Below, piece by piece: positions 62,926-64,000 of a DNA stretch of 64,000 bases. Position numbers and translations under genes: made by a program. The notes below the pieces were generated by a model. It searched no databases, was not told the DNA's origin, and worked only from the letters and a program-made list of their open reading frames with translations. The DNA is from Opitutales bacterium (GTDB taxonomy: Bacteria > Verrucomicrobiota > Verrucomicrobiia > Opitutales > Oceanipulchritudinaceae): NCBI GenBank assembly GCA_020831585.1, contig JAFIGE010000006.1, positions 1,198 through 65,197 on the forward strand. The letters run 5' to 3'. Position 1 is the first letter of the stretch, and each line of letters starts with the position of its first letter.

Positions 62926-62966
62926 AAAATGAAAAAGCCGACGGGTCTGCGCGACCCGTCGGCTGA
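62926..62966 (-). terminator. Intrinsic terminator after the SDR gene
   Basis: 12-bp perfect stem AGCCGACGGGTC (62936-62947) / GACCCGTCGGCT (62953-62964). On the minus strand a TTTTTCATTTTCC tail follows. Confidence 0.85.
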
Positions 62967-62987
62967 TAAGAGAAGATCCGCGCAAAT

Positions 62988-63761
62988 TCAGAGGCGCGGG
63001 ATGGTGAGGCCGCCGTCGACCATGAACACCTGCCCGGTGGAATAGGGAAAATCCCCGCGCACGAGGGCACCGGCCACCTTGCCGATATCATCGGGCTCAC
63101 CCCAGCGACGGGTCACGCAGAGGCCGTCGGCGATGAGTTTGTCGTATTTCTCGGACACGCCGGAGGTCATATCCGTGCGCGTCACCCCGGGTCGGATCTC
63201 GTAGACGGGTATGCCCGCCTCGCCGAGGCGCGTGGCAAAGAGCTGCGTGGCCATGCTCAATCCCGCCTTGGCAATGCAGTATTCGCCGCGGTTGATCGAG
63301 GCCACCGTCGCGGAGATGGAGGAGATGTTGATGATGCCCCCGGCAAATCCCGGTTGGGCCTCCTTTTGCTCCAGCATCCAGCGGGCCGCCGCCTGCGTGA
63401 GGAAGAAGGCTCCCTGCAGGTTTGTCCCGACTACATGCTCAAAGCTCTCCTCGGTCGTTTCGAGAACATCGAGGCGTTGCTTCGGCGCGACCCCGGCGTT
63501 GTTCACGAGCCAGTTGAGCTGTCCGAACTCGTTGCGGACCTTGTCGAGCATGGCGGTGCGCGATTCCGCCGACCCGATGTCGCCGGGGCAGTAGATCACG
63601 TCGACACCGAGGGCGCGCAACTCATCGAGAGTCTCGGCAACGGCGCTTTCCGGGCGCATTCCGTTGATGGCGAGATGCACGCCCTGTTTGGCGAGCACGC
63701 GGGCGATCCCGAGGCCAATGCCCCGGGATCCGCCGGTTACAAGAGCGGTTGTTCGGCTCAT
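62988..63761 (-). CDS. Short-chain dehydrogenase/reductase (SDR) family oxidoreductase
   Basis: TGGSRGIG cofactor motif, NNAG, and the YCIAK catalytic motif. Confidence 0.85.
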   Translation of the reverse strand: MSRTTALVTGGSRGIGLGIARVLAKQGVHLAINGMRPESAVAETLDELRALGVDVIYCPGDIGSAESRTAMLDKVRNEFGQLNWLVNNAGVAPKQRLDVLETTEESFEHVVGTNLQGAFFLTQAAARWMLEQKEAQPGFAGGIINISSISATVASINRGEYCIAKAGLSMATQLFATRLGEAGIPVYEIRPGVTRTDMTSGVSEKYDKLIADGLCVTRRWGEPDDIGKVAGALVRGDFPYSTGQVFMVDGGLTIPRL

Positions 63762-63776
63762 GGGTTCTTTCCGGAT

Positions 63777-64000
63777 TTAGAGTTTGGGCACGTCGACCCA
63801 ACGGCGCTCTTCCCAGCTCTTCAGGCCGAGCTCGGCGAGCTGCACACCCTTGGCACCTTCGCGCAGGCTCCAGCGGAAAGGTGCGTCGACGGCAATGTGC
63901 TTGAGGAACATTTCCCACTGGACCTTGAAGGCGTTGTCGTAGGGCTCCTGGTCGGGGACGAGTTGCCAGCCTTCGAAGAAGTTGATGGGCTGCGCAATGT
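63777..64000 (-). CDS. C-terminal end of a Gfo/Idh/MocA-like oxidoreductase (partial, runs off the right edge)
   Basis: Manual minus-strand translation: ...IAQPINFFEGWQLVPDQEPYDNAFKVQWEMFLKHIAVDAPFRWSLREGAKGVQLAELGLKSWEERRWVDVPKL-stop. Absent from the ORF track because it is truncated at the edge. Confidence 0.5.
   Translation of the reverse strand, partial: IAQPINFFEGWQLVPDQEPYDNAFKVQWEMFLKHIAVDAPFRWSLREGAKGVQLAELGLKSWEERRWVDVPKL

Overview
High-GC (about 63-65% by eye) bacterial chromosomal window. The gene content looks PVC/Verrucomicrobiota-like: a PEP-CTERM protein, giant PKD-repeat exoproteins, polysaccharide lyases and a YtgCR-type transporter. This taxonomic guess is inference only.

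Housekeeping genes identified by motif: recA, carA, acs, mfd, rnc, parA/soj, ispF, msrA, fcl, thymidine/pyrimidine-nucleoside phosphorylase, tRNA-Lys(CTT) and tRNA-Thr(TGT). Also present: an RND efflux pair, a 4-gene metal ABC importer, a tricorn-like protease, a glycosylation cassette, a PL8-lyase/PEP-CTERM/XylR-like locus, a RES-Xre toxin-antitoxin pair and an IS200-like (RAYT-type) Y1 transposase gene.

Many long ORFs in the supplied track are antisense shadows typical of high-GC DNA. The longest real reading frame at the left edge (minus strand, 1..4322) is missing from the track because it runs off the window.

Most notable observations:
1. One in-frame TAG replaces the Trp of a PKD WDFGDG motif and splits a gene of more than 2,170 codons.
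2. A near-perfect tandem duplication complex at 10508-11503 includes a gene tail and 162-bp units, each carrying two promoter-like boxes.
3. An AT-rich promoter-like box with a conserved spacer (TGTCAA-N6-8-TTTTACCG-N3-4-TAnnAT) recurs upstream of many genes. In three cases the spacing to the ATG is almost identical.
4. A 130-bp dyad-symmetric element carries three 10-bp-phased CACTGAT heptamers on each arm.
5. An ABC permease is fused to a complete DtxR-like repressor module, as in chlamydial YtgC-YtgR.
6. A Kelch (NanM-like) domain is fused to a sodium:solute symporter.

All functional calls rest on motif recognition in the translated ORFs. No database search was possible.
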